Part shown: in pieces, positions 1-14,424 of the stretch
Numbering within the stretch: position 1 is the first letter of the stretch
Layout: every line of letters begins with the position of its first letter
Source: Thermoanaerobaculia bacterium
GTDB taxonomy: Bacteria; Acidobacteriota; Thermoanaerobaculia; Multivoradales; JAGPDF01
DNA: 64,000 bases
Reading direction: 5' to 3'
Assembly: GCA_963699245.1 (NCBI GenBank)
Contig: OY969426.1
Coordinates: 469,118-533,117 of the forward strand
Program-made: the position numbers and the translations under genes
The notes under the pieces: model-generated
Databases searched by the model: none
What the model saw: the letters and a program-made list of their open reading frames with translations, nothing else
What the model was told of the DNA's origin: nothing

Positions 1-1002
1 GTGCGGGGCAGCAGGCCCGTCTCGATCGCGATCGGGCGGATCTCGTCGTTGCGCCGGCCGTCGAAGCGATGGCCGTCGTCGAGGATCGTCTCGTAGAGGA
101 GCTCTTCCTCGAGCGCTTCGAAGATGTGCTTGACCTGGGCGCGCTTCTCGGACTCCTCTTCCGGGATGCCGGCGAGGTAGGCCTTCTGCACGTCCGAGAC
201 CGCCTTCTTGCGTTCGAACTTGCCGGGGGTGTTCAGGGCCGCCTTGAGCTGGCCGTGAACTTCGCCGCGCACCCAGGCGTGGAGAGTCGTCGGTGTAGGG
301 CTTCTTCGCCTCCCACGCCGGCTTCGACAGGCCCTTCTCGCGGAAGAGCTCGATCTGCGCCTGGATGACCTTCTGGAGCTCGGCGTGCGCCGCCCAGATG
401 CAGTCGAGCAGGGTCTGCTCCGACAGCTGGTTGGCTCCCGCCTCGACCATCACGACCGCGTCCTGCGTGCCGACGACGACGAGGTCGAGGTCGGCCACGT
501 CGCGCTGGCTGTTGGTCGGGTTGAAGACCATCTGCCCTTCGACGAGGCCGACGCGGACGGCGCCGATCGGGTTGTAGAAGGGGATCTCGGAGAGCACGAG
601 CGCCATCGAGGCGCCGTTGATCGCCAGGACGTCGGGGTCGTTCTCGCCGTCGGCCGACAGGACGAGAGCGATGACCTGCGTCTCGTTGGTGTAGCCGGCG
701 GGGAAGAGCGGCCGCAGCGGACGGTCGATCAGCCGAGAGGTGATCGTCTCCTTCTCGGTCGGACGCCCTTCGCGCTTGAAGAAGCCGCCGGGGATCCGGC
801 CGGCCGCGTAGGTGTACTCACGATAGTCGACGGTCAGCGGCAGGAAGTCGCGCGGGATCGCGCTGGTCTGCATGCAGGCGGTGGCGAGAACGACGGTGTC
901 GCCGAGGCGGACGACCGTGGAGCCGTTCGCCTGCTTGGCGAGATGGCCGGACTCGAAGCGCAGCTCGGCGCCGCCGACCTGGACGGTTTTGGAAACTTTC
1001 AT
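1..1002 (-). CDS. pnp: Polyribonucleotide nucleotidyltransferase (PNPase), 5' part; runs off the window edge; apparent indel frameshifts
   Basis: Reverse-strand translation from ATG 1002: MKVSKTVQVGGAELRFESGHLAKQANGSTVVRLGDTVVLATAC...DFLPLTVDYREY...GRIPGGFFKREGRPTEKETITSRLIDRPLRPLFP; lies downstream of rpsO. Confidence 0.95.
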   Translation of the reverse strand, partial: MKVSKTVQVGGAELRFESGHLAKQANGSTVVRLGDTVVLATACMQTSAIPRDFLPLTVDYREYTYAAGRIPGGFFKREGRPTEKETITSRLIDRPLRPLFPAGYTNETQVIALVLSADGENDPDVLAINGASMALVLSEIPFYNPIGAVRVGLVEGQMVFNPTNSQRDVADLDLVVVGTQDAVVMVEAGANQLSEQTLLDCIWAAHAELQKVIQAQIELFREKGLSKPAWEAKKPYTDDSPRLGARRSSRPAQGGPEHPRQVRTQEGGLGRAEGLPRRHPGRGVREARPGQAHLRSARGRAPLRDDPRRRPSLRRPAQRRDPPDRDRDGPAAPH

Positions 1003-1023
1003 TGGGGGAAATCCTCTGAGGTG

Positions 1024-1090
1024 GACGGCGGTCGTCCGGTCGAGCTGGCGCGAGCCGCGAAAGGCCGCGCCGCGCCGGCCGACTGCCGTC
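1024..1090 (-). promoter_or_regulatory. Long imperfect stem-loop in the rpsO-pnp intergenic region (candidate RNase III site or terminator)
   Basis: gacggcggtcg (1024-1034) is near-complementary to cgactgccgtc (1080-1090); inner ggcgcg/cgcgcc stem. Confidence 0.5.
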
Positions 1091-1098
1091 GATGGGAG

Positions 1099-1368
1099 TT
1101 ACTTGCGGAGACCGAGGCGCTCGATGAGCTGGCGGTAGCGATCGATGTCGCGCCGCTTCAGGTAATCGAGCAGGCGGCGGCGCTGGCCGACCATCTTGAG
1201 CAGGCCGCGTCGTCCGTGGTGGTCCTTGGTGTGGGTCTTGAAGTGCTCGGTGAGCTCGTTGATGCGCTGGGTCAGCAGCGCCACCTGCACGTCGGAGGAG
1301 CCTGTATCCGACTCGTGAAGGCGATAGTCGACGATCACCTTTTCCCTGGCTTCCTTGGTCTGCGGCAA
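1099..1368 (-). CDS. rpsO: 30S ribosomal protein S15
   Basis: 89 aa, [50 protein letters not shown]; TTG start after aaggag RBS. Confidence 0.98.
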   Translation of the reverse strand: MPQTKEAREKVIVDYRLHESDTGSSDVQVALLTQRINELTEHFKTHTKDHHGRRGLLKMVGQRRRLLDYLKRRDIDRYRQLIERLGLRK

Positions 1369-1408
1369 GTCGTTCTCCTTCTCTGCGAAGTCTCTCTTCG
1401 CTCGCTCT

Positions 1409-2354
1409 TTATGAACCCTGGGACACTATCACAGGCGTCGCCGGCGGGAAGACGATGCGGGGCTGCACGACCGTGACGGCACCCGCGCCGATTCTCTCGG
1501 TCACCGAGCCGACCGCGATCATCGAGCCTCTGCGGTCGGCGAGCCGGACCCAGTCCCCGGGACCCGAGACGCCGCCCTGGACGAGAACGGTCTGGCCGTC
1601 GCGAAGGCGGCGCTCCTGGCCGGAGTCGACTTCGACGTCCGGGAAAGGGAGGGGGATGCGGTCGAGCGGCAACCAGGCGCCCGCCGAGGCTCTCGTCACG
1701 CTCGCGCCGGCGGGCGATCTCGTCGAGCGTCAACCCGTCCTCGATCCGGAAGGGACCGATCGCCGAGCGCCGCAGGCCCGACAGGTGCGCGCCGCAGCCG
1801 AGCGCCGCGCCCAGGTCGTGCGCCAGCGCGCGGGCATAGGTGCCGGAGGAGCAGGCGAGGCGGAAGGGGATCCGTCCGCCGGAGAGCGAACCGGTGCGGA
1901 CGAACTCGCCGACCGTGACTTCCTTGGTCACTTCCGGGACTTCCTCGCCTCGACGCGCCAGCTCGTAGAACTTCACGCCCTGGATCTTGCGCGCGCTGAA
2001 CGCGGGCAGCTGCTGCTCGAAGGTGCCGACGAAGCGCGGCATCGCGGCGTCGATCGCCTCCGCCGTGAGCGCCTCGATCGATCCCTCGGAGAGGACCTTG
2101 CCGGAGGAGTCGTAGGTGTCGGTGGCGATGCCGAACCGGATCTCCCCTTCGTAGACCTTCGGGGCGTGGATCAGGAAGCGGGTCAGGCGCGTCGCGTTCC
2201 CCATCGTCACCAGCAGGAGGCCGGTGGCGTCGGGATCGAGCGTGCCGCAATGGCCGACGCGCTTCTGCCGGAAGATGCGGCGCACGCCCTGAACGACGTC
2301 GTGCGAGGTGCAGGCCGGGGCCTTGTCGACCAGGAGGAGTCCGTCAGCGGCCAT
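1409..2354 (-). CDS. truB: tRNA pseudouridine(55) synthase TruB (one frameshift near 1680)
   Basis: GLLLVDK...[51 protein letters not shown]; C-terminal part continues in ORF 1409-1699. Confidence 0.93.
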
Positions 2355-3328
2355 GCGCCTCCTCGATCGCTCCCTTGAGGGCGGCGACGAACGTCGATTG
2401 CGCGGTGGCCAGCGGGCCGTCGAAGACACAGCCGGCGGCGTTGTGGTGCCCGCCGCCGCCGTGGGCGCGGGCGATCTTCTCGACGTCGACCGCTCCGCGG
2501 CTGCGCAGCGAGATCTTCCAGCGGTTATCGCCCAGCTCGCGGAAGAGGGCGACCGCGTCGACCCCGGCAATGGCGCGCGGCGTGTCGATCAGCCCTTCGG
2601 AATCGCCCGCACCGGCGCCGGCGCGGCGCGAACATCTCGAGCGTCAGGTGGACCGTCGCGATGCGGCCGTGATGCCGCTCGAGCGTCGCCAGCAGCTCGC
2701 CGAGCAGCCGCACCGCGGGCTCGGGCTGGCTCTCGTAGATCCAGAGCGAGACCCGCTCGACTTCGGCGCCGAGCTCGACCAGCCGGGCTGCGGCGTCGGA
2801 AAGCCTCGGGAGTCGCGTTGGCGAAGCGAAAGCCGCCGGTGTCGGTGACCAGCGCGAGAAGCAGGCAACTCGCGGCTTCGTGATCGAGACGGCCACCCAG
2901 CGCCAGCACGAGATCGGCCACCATCACGCCGACCGCAGGCGCCGCCGGATCGACCCAGTTTTCGACGCCGTAGCCGGTGTTGCCGAGGTGGTGGTCGATG
3001 TTGAGCAGCGGAAGCCGCGAGAAGGGCGCGGCGAGGCCCGTCCGCTCGAGACTCGGGCATTCGAGCGCAATTCCGAGGTCGAACGCCGCGGGAAAGCCGG
3101 GCGGGGGCGCCTCGCCGGACATGGATGCCGTCGGCCCCCGGCAGCTGCGCGATACACCGTTGGAGTCCGGTGCAGGTTCCAGATCGCGCACGCTCTTGCC
3201 CAGGGCGCGCAGGAGCACGCGCCAGGCCGAGCTCGGAGCCGATCGCGTCGCCGTCGGGATTGGCGTGGCTGGTGAGCAGCACGTTGTGGCGCGGCGGCCA
3301 GCCGGTCGCGCAGGGATTCAGGAACCAT
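2344..3328 (-). CDS. nrnA: DHH/DHHA1 family phosphoesterase (NrnA-like oligoribonuclease/PAP phosphatase), frameshifted
   Basis: Fragments SHANPDGDAIGS, NIDHHLGN, LVTDTGGFRFAN, GGGGHNAAG across frames; typical position between rbfA and truB. Confidence 0.85.
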
Positions 3329-3676
3329 GCGACCCCTCGCCCTTGAGATCGTCGAGCAGGTCGGCTGATCCGCTGGCTGTGCTCGGCGCCGCGGTCGAGG
3401 ACGAAGTTGAGCTCCGGCGTCGTGCGCAGGCTGAGGCGATGCGCCAGCTCCCGGCGCAGGAAGCCGCGGGCGTGCATCAGGGCGGCGATCGCACCGGTGC
3501 GCTGCTCCTCGCTGCCGAGCAGCCGAGATGTGGATCACCGCGTGGCCGAGATCGCGCGACAGGTCCACCCGCGTGACGGTGGCCAGGCCGACGCGGGGGT
3601 CGCGCACCTCGCGCTGGAGGAGAACGGCGAGCTCGGCGCGGACGAGGTCCGCGAGGCGGTCGAGTCGTTGGCTCAT
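3318..3676 (-). CDS. rbfA: Ribosome-binding factor A (frameshifted)
   Basis: MSQRLDRLADLVRAELAVLLQREVRDPRVGLATVTRVDLSRDL...ARGFLRRELAHRLSLRTTPELNFVLD. Confidence 0.93.
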
Positions 3677-3969
3677 GATTCGACCTTCCGATCCAGTCCG
3701 TTTCCCAGGCCGAGCACCAGAGCCTCGGGCTCCTGCTCGGCCATCTGCCCGACCTCGTCGAGGATCCTCTCGACCTCCGCGGGGCTGGCCGCGACCACTG
3801 CGACGCCGATCTCGGCGCGCTGGTGGAGGTCGTGATGAGCGGTTTCGGCCACCGAGACGCGATACCGGGCGTGCAGCCGGTCGATCAGGCCGCGCACGAC
3901 GCGCCGCTTGGACTTGAGGTCCCGCGCCTGCGGCAGGTGCAGCTCGAGCGCGCCGTAGCCGACGAACAT
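3673..3969 (-). CDS. DUF503 (YlxP-like) protein
   Basis: MFVGYGALELHLPQARDLKSKRRVVRGLIDRL..RYRVSVAET.HHDLHQRAEIGVA; conserved position between infB and rbfA. Confidence 0.88.
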   Translation of the reverse strand: MFVGYGALELHLPQARDLKSKRRVVRGLIDRLHARYRVSVAETAHHDLHQRAEIGVAVVAASPAEVERILDEVGQMAEQEPEALVLGLGNGLDRKVES

Positions 3970-4006
3970 CGGTGCCCCCTGCGTGCGGCTGCGTCCGGCG
4001 CCGGCC

Positions 4007-6927
4007 TCAGCTGAGGACGGCGGCGACCTCCTCCTTCGCGAACGCCTCGATGACGTCGCCGGGCTTGATGTCCTGGAAGCGCTCGAGGCCGATGCCGCAG
4101 TCGAAGCCGGCGCGGACCTCCGAGGCGTCGTCCTTGAAGCGCCTGAGCGAGGAGATCTTGCCTTCGTAGACGACCTGTCCGTCGCGCACCAGCCGCACGC
4201 GCCGCGGTGCGCGGGATCACGCCGTCGACGACGTGGCAGCCGGCGATGGTGCCGATCTTCGGGACCTTGAAGGTCTCGCGCACTTCCGCGCGGCCGCGCT
4301 GGACTTCCTTGAACGTCGGCTCGAGCAGGCCGGTCATCGCCTTCTTCAGCTCGTCGAGCAGCTCGTAGATGATGGTGTGGAGCCGGATCTCGACCTGCTC
4401 CTTCTCGGCGAGCTCGGCGGCGTTCTTCTCCGGGCGGATGTTGAAGCCGACGATGATCGCCTTCGAGGCGGCGGCGAGCAGGACGTCGTTGGTCGACACC
4501 GCGCCGACGGCGCTGTGCAGCACCTTGACGCGCACCTTCGTGGTCGACGCCTTCTCGATCGCCTCGCGCAGCACTTCGACCGAGCCCTGGACGTCGGCCT
4601 TGAGGACGATGCCGAGCTCCTTGACCTCGCCCTTCTGGATCTGGTTGAAGAGCTGCTCGAGCGAGAGCTGCGGCCGGCGGACGGGAGCAGGTCGCGCTTG
4701 CGCTGCTCCTGCTGGCGGAACTCGACGATCGATGCGCGCCTTCTGCTCGTCGTCGACCACCTGGAAGGTGTCGCCGGCCTCGGGCACGTCCTCGAAGCCG
4801 GTGACTTCGACGGCGGTGGCCGGGACCGACTCTGCTGAGCCCGCGTGCCGCGGTCGTCGCTCATCGCGCGCACGCGGCCCCAGGTGGCGCCGGAGACGAA
4901 GATGTCGCCGACCTTGAGCGTGCCGTTCTGGACGAGCACCGTCGCGACGACGCCGCGGCCGGTCTCCTTGCGCGCCTCGAGCACGACGCCCTGGGCCGGG
5001 CGGTCGGGATTCGCCTTGAGCTCGAGCAGGTCGGCGGTGAGCAGGACCATCTCGAGCAGCTCGTCGATGCCCTCGCCGCTTGCAGCGCCGAGACCGGCGC
5101 GACGACCGTCTGGCCGCCCCAGTCCTCGGGCAGCAGCCCCTTGTCGGCGAGCTGCTGCTTGACGCGTTCGGGGTTGGCGTTCGGCTTGTCGATCTTGTTG
5201 ATCGCCACGACGATCGGCACGTTGGCGGCGCGCGCGTGGTCGATCGCTTCCAGCGTCTGCGGCATCACGCCGTCGTCGGCCGCGACCACCAGGATCGACG
5301 ATGTCGGTGGCCCGGGCGCCGCGGGCGCGCATCAGGGTGAAGGCCTCGTGGCCGGGGGTGTCGAGGAAGACGATCTGCCGGTTCTTGACGTCGACGTGGT
5401 ACGCGCCGATGTGCTGCGTGATGCCGCCGAACTCGGCCTCGGTGATCTTGGACGCGCGGATCTTGTCGAGCAGCGAGGTCTTGCCGTGGTCGACGTGGCC
5501 CATGATGGTGACGACCGGGGCGCGCGGCACCAGGACGCCGCTGACGTCGGCCTGGTCCTTCTCGGACGCAGGTGGCTGGCCTGAACTTCTTCCTCGAATG
5601 TCATCACTTTCGGATTCGAGGCCGAGCTGCTTGGCGAGCTTGCATGCCGAGCTCGGGCTCGATGACGTGGTTGATGTTGGCGAGGATGCCGCGATCGAAC
5701 AGCAGCTTGATGAGGTCCTTGACGCTTGACGCCGAGCTTCTCGGCGAACTCGCGCACCGTCATGCCCTCGGAGATGACCACGGGGCCGTCGCCGAGGTGC
5801 GCGTCGAGTGCAGCGTCGTCCGTTCGTCGGCATGCTCTTCCTCGTCGGCGCCGGCGGCGTCGCCGGCCGGCCGAGCCGGTCGGGACGACCGCCGAGTCGA
5901 CGACGTCCTCGATCTCGAGGAGCGAACCGCGCAGCTGGCGCAGCGCGTTCTCGTCGGTCTGCGGCAGCAGGAGCGGTCTTGCGCCCCTTCTTCGCCTTGG
6001 ACTTGTCTCTGTCGGCGGAAGAGTCGGGCTTGCGCGGACCGCGGCCGACGCCGGGTCCCGGTGGCGGCGGAGGCGAACCAGGCCGGTAGCCACCGGGGCG
6101 ACCCGGCCCCGAGGGACGACCGACGCCAGGGCGTCCCGGAGGACCACCGGGACGGCCAGGAGGGCCTCCGGGGCGGCCGGGACCGCTCGGACGACCGGGA
6201 ACGCCACTTGGGCGATAGGCGCCGCCGGGACCCGAAGGCCGGCCAGGCGCGCCGCCGGGGCCACCCGGGCGAGGGCGACCGGTTGGCGCCGGAGGACGAT
6301 AGGGCTCGGTCGGACGATGGATCAGGATGGCGCCGCGACGCGGCGGGGCGGTTGCTGCGGCAGGCGCCGGCGCCACGCTGCCGGGTGCCGCAGCCGTCGG
6401 CGAGGCCGGAGAAGCCGTGGCGACGGGAGCGGCGGAGGCAGCTGTCGCCATCGGCGCCGGCGCAGCGGGAGCCGGCGGGGCCGCGACGACCGGGGAGGGC
6501 GGCCGCTCGACCTCGACGGACGGAACCGCTTCCGGCAATCCGGCGACCGGCGTCGCGGGCGCTCCGCCGATGGGGCGCTCGACCTGGCTGGCCGGAATCG
6601 TGAGGATCCGGGGCTCGACTTTCTGGATGATGGTCCGCGGGCGGGCCGGCTGAGCGGATTGGCCCCCGTGCGTCGCGGCCGAGGGCGTCGCGCTGGCGAC
6701 GGTCGGCGCCACGACCCGCTTGGCCACCGGGGCGGGCGCGCTGTCGTCCATGATGACTTCGCGCGGCGAGGTGAGCTTCTTGCCCTGGAGAATCGCCTGC
6801 AGGGCCTCGCTTCGATGCCCGCGTCGTCTCCTTCGACACGTACCCCGAGCGAGCGCAGCTTGAACACCAGATCCTGCTCGGGGATCTGCATCATTCGCGC
6901 GAGGTCTGTGACCCGGATCTTCGCCAT
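4007..6927 (-). CDS. infB: Translation initiation factor IF-2 (multiple frameshifts)
   Basis: [12 protein letters not shown]-terminus; [81 protein letters not shown]. Confidence 0.96.
6060..6300 (-). repeat. Low-complexity Gly/Pro/Arg (GRPGGP/RPSGPG) coding repeats in the IF-2 N-terminal linker
   Basis: Translation [53 protein letters not shown]. Confidence 0.7.
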
Positions 6928-6977
6928 TCTGGTGACGCTCTCCTCGACTCTCTTGCTTCTTCGTCGCGCTTCGGTCG

Positions 6978-8534
<1,557 letters not shown>

Positions 8535-8547
8535 ACCTTGCTGATCC

Positions 8548-9012
8548 CTACAATTCCGGTTCCAGACTGCGCCTGTTCGACGTCTGCCAGCCCGAGGACG
8601 AGACCCTGTCTCGCCTCGATCTCGGAGAGCTCGAACTCCCGGCTCTCCGGCGAAAAACGCATCAGCCTCCCGACGACGGTCGCGCGCCGGCCGGTCGCGG
8701 GATCCATGAACCGGACCCGGATCCGCTGGCCCACGAACCGCTCCCAATCGCGCGGCCCGTAGAGCAGCCGATCCAGCCCGGGCGAGCTCACTTCGAGCGT
8801 GTAGCGCCCGCGCCCGAAATCGGCGACGTCGAGGATCGGCGAGGTCTCTTTCGAGACCGATTCGCAATCCTCGAGGCGGACGCCCCCTTCCCGGTCGAGG
8901 AAGACCCGCATCGCCCCGCCCGGAACTCGGCATGAAGGAGCTCGCAGCCGTGCGATTCGGCGACGGCAGCCAACTCCGCCAGCAGTTCCGGTGTGAGGGC
9001 GGTGCTCGGCAT
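8548..9012 (-). CDS. rimP: Ribosome maturation factor RimP (frameshifted)
   Basis: [28 protein letters not shown]...[14 protein letters not shown]; first gene of the nusA operon. Confidence 0.92.
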
Positions 9013-9038
9013 CTCCCGCGATAATCCTGCCGACAACG

Positions 9039-9066
9039 AAAAAGGTGGGCTGAACGGCCCACCTTT
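9039..9066 (-). terminator. rimP leader hairpin with U-tract (attenuator-like)
   Basis: Minus strand AAAGGTGGGC-cgttca-GCCCACCTTTTT about 26 nt upstream of the rimP start. Confidence 0.7.
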
Positions 9067-9242
9067 GTTCGACCGTCAGGCAGACTGACGGCGTAAGTAT
9101 CTTCCAGGGGGGGTGAAAAGCAAGGGACGGGGGGGAGTTGCGCCGGTCCTCCCGAGGGCCGGGTCGCACGGCACGAGGATTGCTCGTGCCAGACTCGGCG
9201 TCACCGATGCGTCTCGGTGCCGCGAAAGGAGATTCCGATCCG

Positions 9243-10784
9243 ATGAGTTCCGGTTTTCGTCGTCAAGTGGTCAACACCTCGATGCTGCTCGGCGCAGTGG
9301 TGTTCGGCATGGTTCTCGCCGGCGCGCTCGACCTCGGGCCGCATCTGCAGGCCGCTCCGGCGGCGCCGGCTCCGGCCGCGGCGGGAGCTGCCGGTCCGAT
9401 CGCCGCCGGCACCTCGTATCTCCCGTCCTTCGCCGATCTGGCCGAGCGAGTTCTCCCGGCGGTGGTCTCGATCGACGCCCAGACGATCGAGAAGGAGCAA
9501 CCCGCCGCCGCCGGCGGGGCCAGGACTCGCCGTTCGATTTCTTCTTCGGCCAGCAGCAGCGGCCGGACGGCGACGTCGCCGCGCGAGTTCCGGTCGAACT
9601 CCGGCGGCAGCGGCTTCGTCGTCTCGGCTGACGGCTACGTCGTGACCAACAACCACGTCATCGAGGGCGCCACCAAGATCCGCGTCCGCCTCGAGCGACC
9701 GCTACTACGACGCCGAGGTCAAGGGCGCCGATCCGGCCACCGACCTCGCGCTGCTCAAGATCGACGCCGGCCGCTCGCTGCACGTACCTGGCGCTCGGCG
9801 ACAGCGACGCCTGCGCGTCGGCGACTACGTGATGGCGATCGGCAACCCGCTGCTGCTCGACCACACGGTCACGGTCGGCGTGGTCTCGCGCCAAGGGGCG
9901 GGCCATCGGCCTGTCGCGCGACACCTCGTTCGAGAACTTCATCCAGACCGACGCCGCGATCAACCGCGGCAACTCGGGCGGCCCGCTGGTCAACCTGCGC
10001 GGCGAGGTGGTCGGCATCGCCACGGCGATGAACTGGGGCGCCGAGAACATCGGCTTCGCCGTGCCGGTCAACACGCTCAAGAGCGTGCTGCCGCAGCTGC
10101 GCGACAAGGGCAAGGTCTCGCGCGGCTACCTCGGCATCAACATCCAGAACATGGACTGCGACCGGGCGCAGGCCTTCGGCCTCGAGGAGGCCGGTCGGCG
10201 CTCTGGTCACGACGGTCGTGCCGAGGATCGCCGGCCGACTCGGCCGGCGTCAAGCACGGCGACATCGTGGTCACGGTCGACGGCCGGACGATCAAGGAGA
10301 CGCGGGACCTCATCGACTACGTCTCGGCCCTCGGGCCGGGCAAGGTGGTCGAGATCGAGCTCCTGCGCGACGGCAAGCGCGCCTCGAGAAGGAGGTCAAG
10401 CTCGCGGAGCGCACCGGGCCCGAGGAGGAGACGGCGCAGGGCGGCGACGAGAAGTCCCGCGGCATCGACTGGCTCGGCCTCGACTACCAGGACCTGACCG
10501 CCGACGCTGCGGCAGAACCTGGGCATCCCGGCGCGGGTCGAGGGGGTCGGTGCCCGCGACGTCGCGGCCTCCAGCCCGCTGGTCGACGAGGGAGTCGCGT
10601 CCCGGCGACGTGATCACCGAGGTCAACGGCAAGGCGGTCGGCAGCGGCGAAGAGCTGGAGAAGGAGGTCGCCAAGGCGCCTTCCGGGTTCCTACCTCCGC
10701 CTCTACGTCCGCCGCTTCGATCCCCACCGCGGCGGCGAGGACAACGACGGCGTCGGCTTCTTCGCCATCGTTCGCGTGCCCTGA
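9243..10784 (+). CDS. HtrA/DegP-family periplasmic serine protease with PDZ domains (frameshifted)
   Basis: Signal-like N-terminus; [53 protein letters not shown], two PDZ-like repeats. Confidence 0.92.
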
Positions 10785-10873
10785 AGCGGGATTCAGCCTG
10801 CCGAATCCGGCGGGCCGGTGCCGCGAGGCGCCGGCCCCCTTTCGATTCGGGGGCGGTTGCTAGACTTCGCGCC

Positions 10874-12259
<1,386 letters not shown>

Positions 12260-12263
<4 letters not shown>

Positions 12264-12852
12264 CGAAGAATCCTGACTGGCAGGGCGAGCTCGAGGCCTG
12301 CGGCGCCCTGAAGCCGTGGGCATTTCCTGCTCTCCTCCGGCCTGCACTCGCCGGCCTACGTGCAGTGCGCCCTGCTGCTCGCCGATCCGCGTCGCGCCCG
12401 CCGGGCCGGGGAGGCGGTCGCCGAAGAGCTGCGGCGAAAGGGCATCGAAGCCGACTCGGTCCTCTCGCCGGCGCTCGGCGGCGTGATCATCGGCCACGAG
12501 GTCGCCTCGGCGCTCGGCGTGCCGTTCCGCTTCGTCGAACGCGAGGGAGCCGGACTGGCGCTCCGCCGCGGCTTCGCGATCGAGTCCGGCGAGCGGGTGG
12601 TGGTGGTGGAGGACGTGGTGACGACCGGCAAGTCGACCCTGGAGACGGCGGCGATCGCCGAGGCGGCGGGAGCCACCGTGACCGCGATCGGATCGATCAT
12701 CGACCGCTCGCGGAGGCCGTCACGGCTTCCGTGTGCCGTTTGCCGCGCTGCTGTCGCTCGATCTGCCGACCTGGAAGCCGGAGGACTGTCCGCTCTGCGC
12801 CGAAGGGTCGACCGCGGTCAAGCCGGGCAGCCGGCCGCAGCCGAAGTCCTGA
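12260..12852 (+). CDS. pyrE: Orotate phosphoribosyltransferase (frameshifted)
   Basis: [32 protein letters not shown] motif [14 protein letters not shown]-terminal CPLC..G..AVKPGSR. Confidence 0.88.
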
Positions 12853-12877
12853 CCGGGAGCGCGCGGCGTGTCGCCGC

Positions 12878-13153
12878 TCAGCCCGAGATGACCGACTTGC
12901 GGCCTAGGCCCTTGCGCTGGATCGTGTCGATGCTCGCCTTGAGCGCGGCCATGCGGTCTGCGGCGGCGGCGCCGCTCACCGCGATCGTCCAGACGTTGTC
13001 GGCGCCGTCGTAGACCGGCAGCTACCAGATCCCGTCGGCGGCGCTCCACCGGCCCCGCTCTCCCGGCACGATGCCCCAGCCGGAGGGGAGACAGGAGCGC
13101 ACTTCGATGTCGGTGTAGGAGAGCGGAGCGGACTTGGCGGACATGATGCCCAT
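12878..13153 (-). CDS. Small hypothetical protein (about 91 aa) interrupted by an in-frame TAG at 13022-13024
   Basis: [29 protein letters not shown]...ADGIW-(TAG)[17 protein letters not shown]...RKSVISG-TGA; GC3-rich codons on both sides of the TAG; fills the gap between pyrE and the acyl-CoA dehydrogenase. Confidence 0.6.
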
Positions 13154-13267
13154 TCTCTCCCGGCGCGGCTCCCAAGCCAAGCGGCGGTTCCCCGCGCGCG
13201 ACGCCGCTGGTACCATTCGACGCGCAGCGCGCCGCCGTCCGGCGGCGCCTTCCCTCCGAGGCGAGGC

Positions 13268-14414
13268 ATGCAGATCGAATTGACCGAAGAGCAGCAGCTC
13301 CTGCGCGACACGGTGCGGCGATTCGCCGCCGAGGTCGTCGCGCCCCGCGCCAAGCAGATCGACGCCTCGGGCGAGTTCCCGCTCGACTTCTTCCGCCAGG
13401 CGGGCGAGCTCGGCCTCGCCGGCGTCGCGGTGCCGGAGGAGTACGGCGGCGCCGGGATGGACGCGGTCGTCCTACTGCGTCGCGATCGAGGAGATCTCGC
13501 GCGTCTGCGCCTCGAGCGGCGTCATCCTCTCGGTCAACAACTCGCTGGTCTGCGATCCGCTGCTGAAGTACGGCAACGAGGAGCAGAAGCGCGACTTCCT
13601 GGCGCCGCTCGCGGCGGGCAGGAAGCTCGGCTGCTTCGCGCTCACCGAGCCCGAAGCAGGTAGCGATGCGGCCGCCATCCGGACCACCGCCCGGCGGGAC
13701 GGCGACGACTACGTGCTCGACGGCGACAAGGTCTTCATCACCAACGGCACCCACGCCGACCTGGCGCTCGTCTTCGCCTCGACCGATCCGGCGAAGAAGC
13801 ACCGCGGCATCTCCTGCTTCGTCGTCCCCTGCGACGCGCCCGGCTTCCGCCGCGGCCACCACGAGTACAAGCTCGGCGTGCAGGCCTCGGGCACGACGCA
13901 GCTCTTCTTCCAGGGTGTCCGCGTACCGGCGAGCCACCGGCTGGGCGAAGAGGGCGAGGGCTTCAAGATCGCCATGTCGACGCTCGACGGCGGCCGCGTC
14001 GGCATCGCGGCGCAGGCGGTCGGGATCGCCCAGGGCGCCTTCGAGGCGGCGCTCGCCTACGCCAAGGACCGCCAGCAGTTCGGCCGGCCGATCGCCGACT
14101 TCCAGGCCATCCAGTTCTATCTCGCCGACATGGCGATGGAGATCGATGCGGCCCGCCTGCTCGTCTTCAAGGCCGCGTGGGCCAAGACAGCCCAGAAGCG
14201 CTACAGCCTCGAGGCGGCGCAGGCCAAGCTCTTCGCCTCCGAGATGGCGCAGCGGGTCACCAACAAGGCGCTGCAGATCCACGGCGGCAACGGCTACACG
14301 CGCGAGTACGACGTCGAACGCTTCTTCCGCGACGCGCGCATCACCGAGATCTACGAGGGAACCAGCGAGATCCAGAAGATCGTCATCGCCGACTGGATCC
14401 TCAAAGAAGCCTGA
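13268..14414 (+). CDS. Acyl-CoA dehydrogenase, short-chain/butyryl-CoA type (frameshift near 13470)
   Basis: [81 protein letters not shown]. Confidence 0.93.
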
Positions 14415-14424
14415 CGCGGGCGCG

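Noticed and set aside
6060-6560. Repeat array or CRISPR-like structure
   Set aside because: Low-complexity Pro/Gly/Ala coding linker of IF-2, common in GC-rich bacteria; no constant repeat-spacer period.
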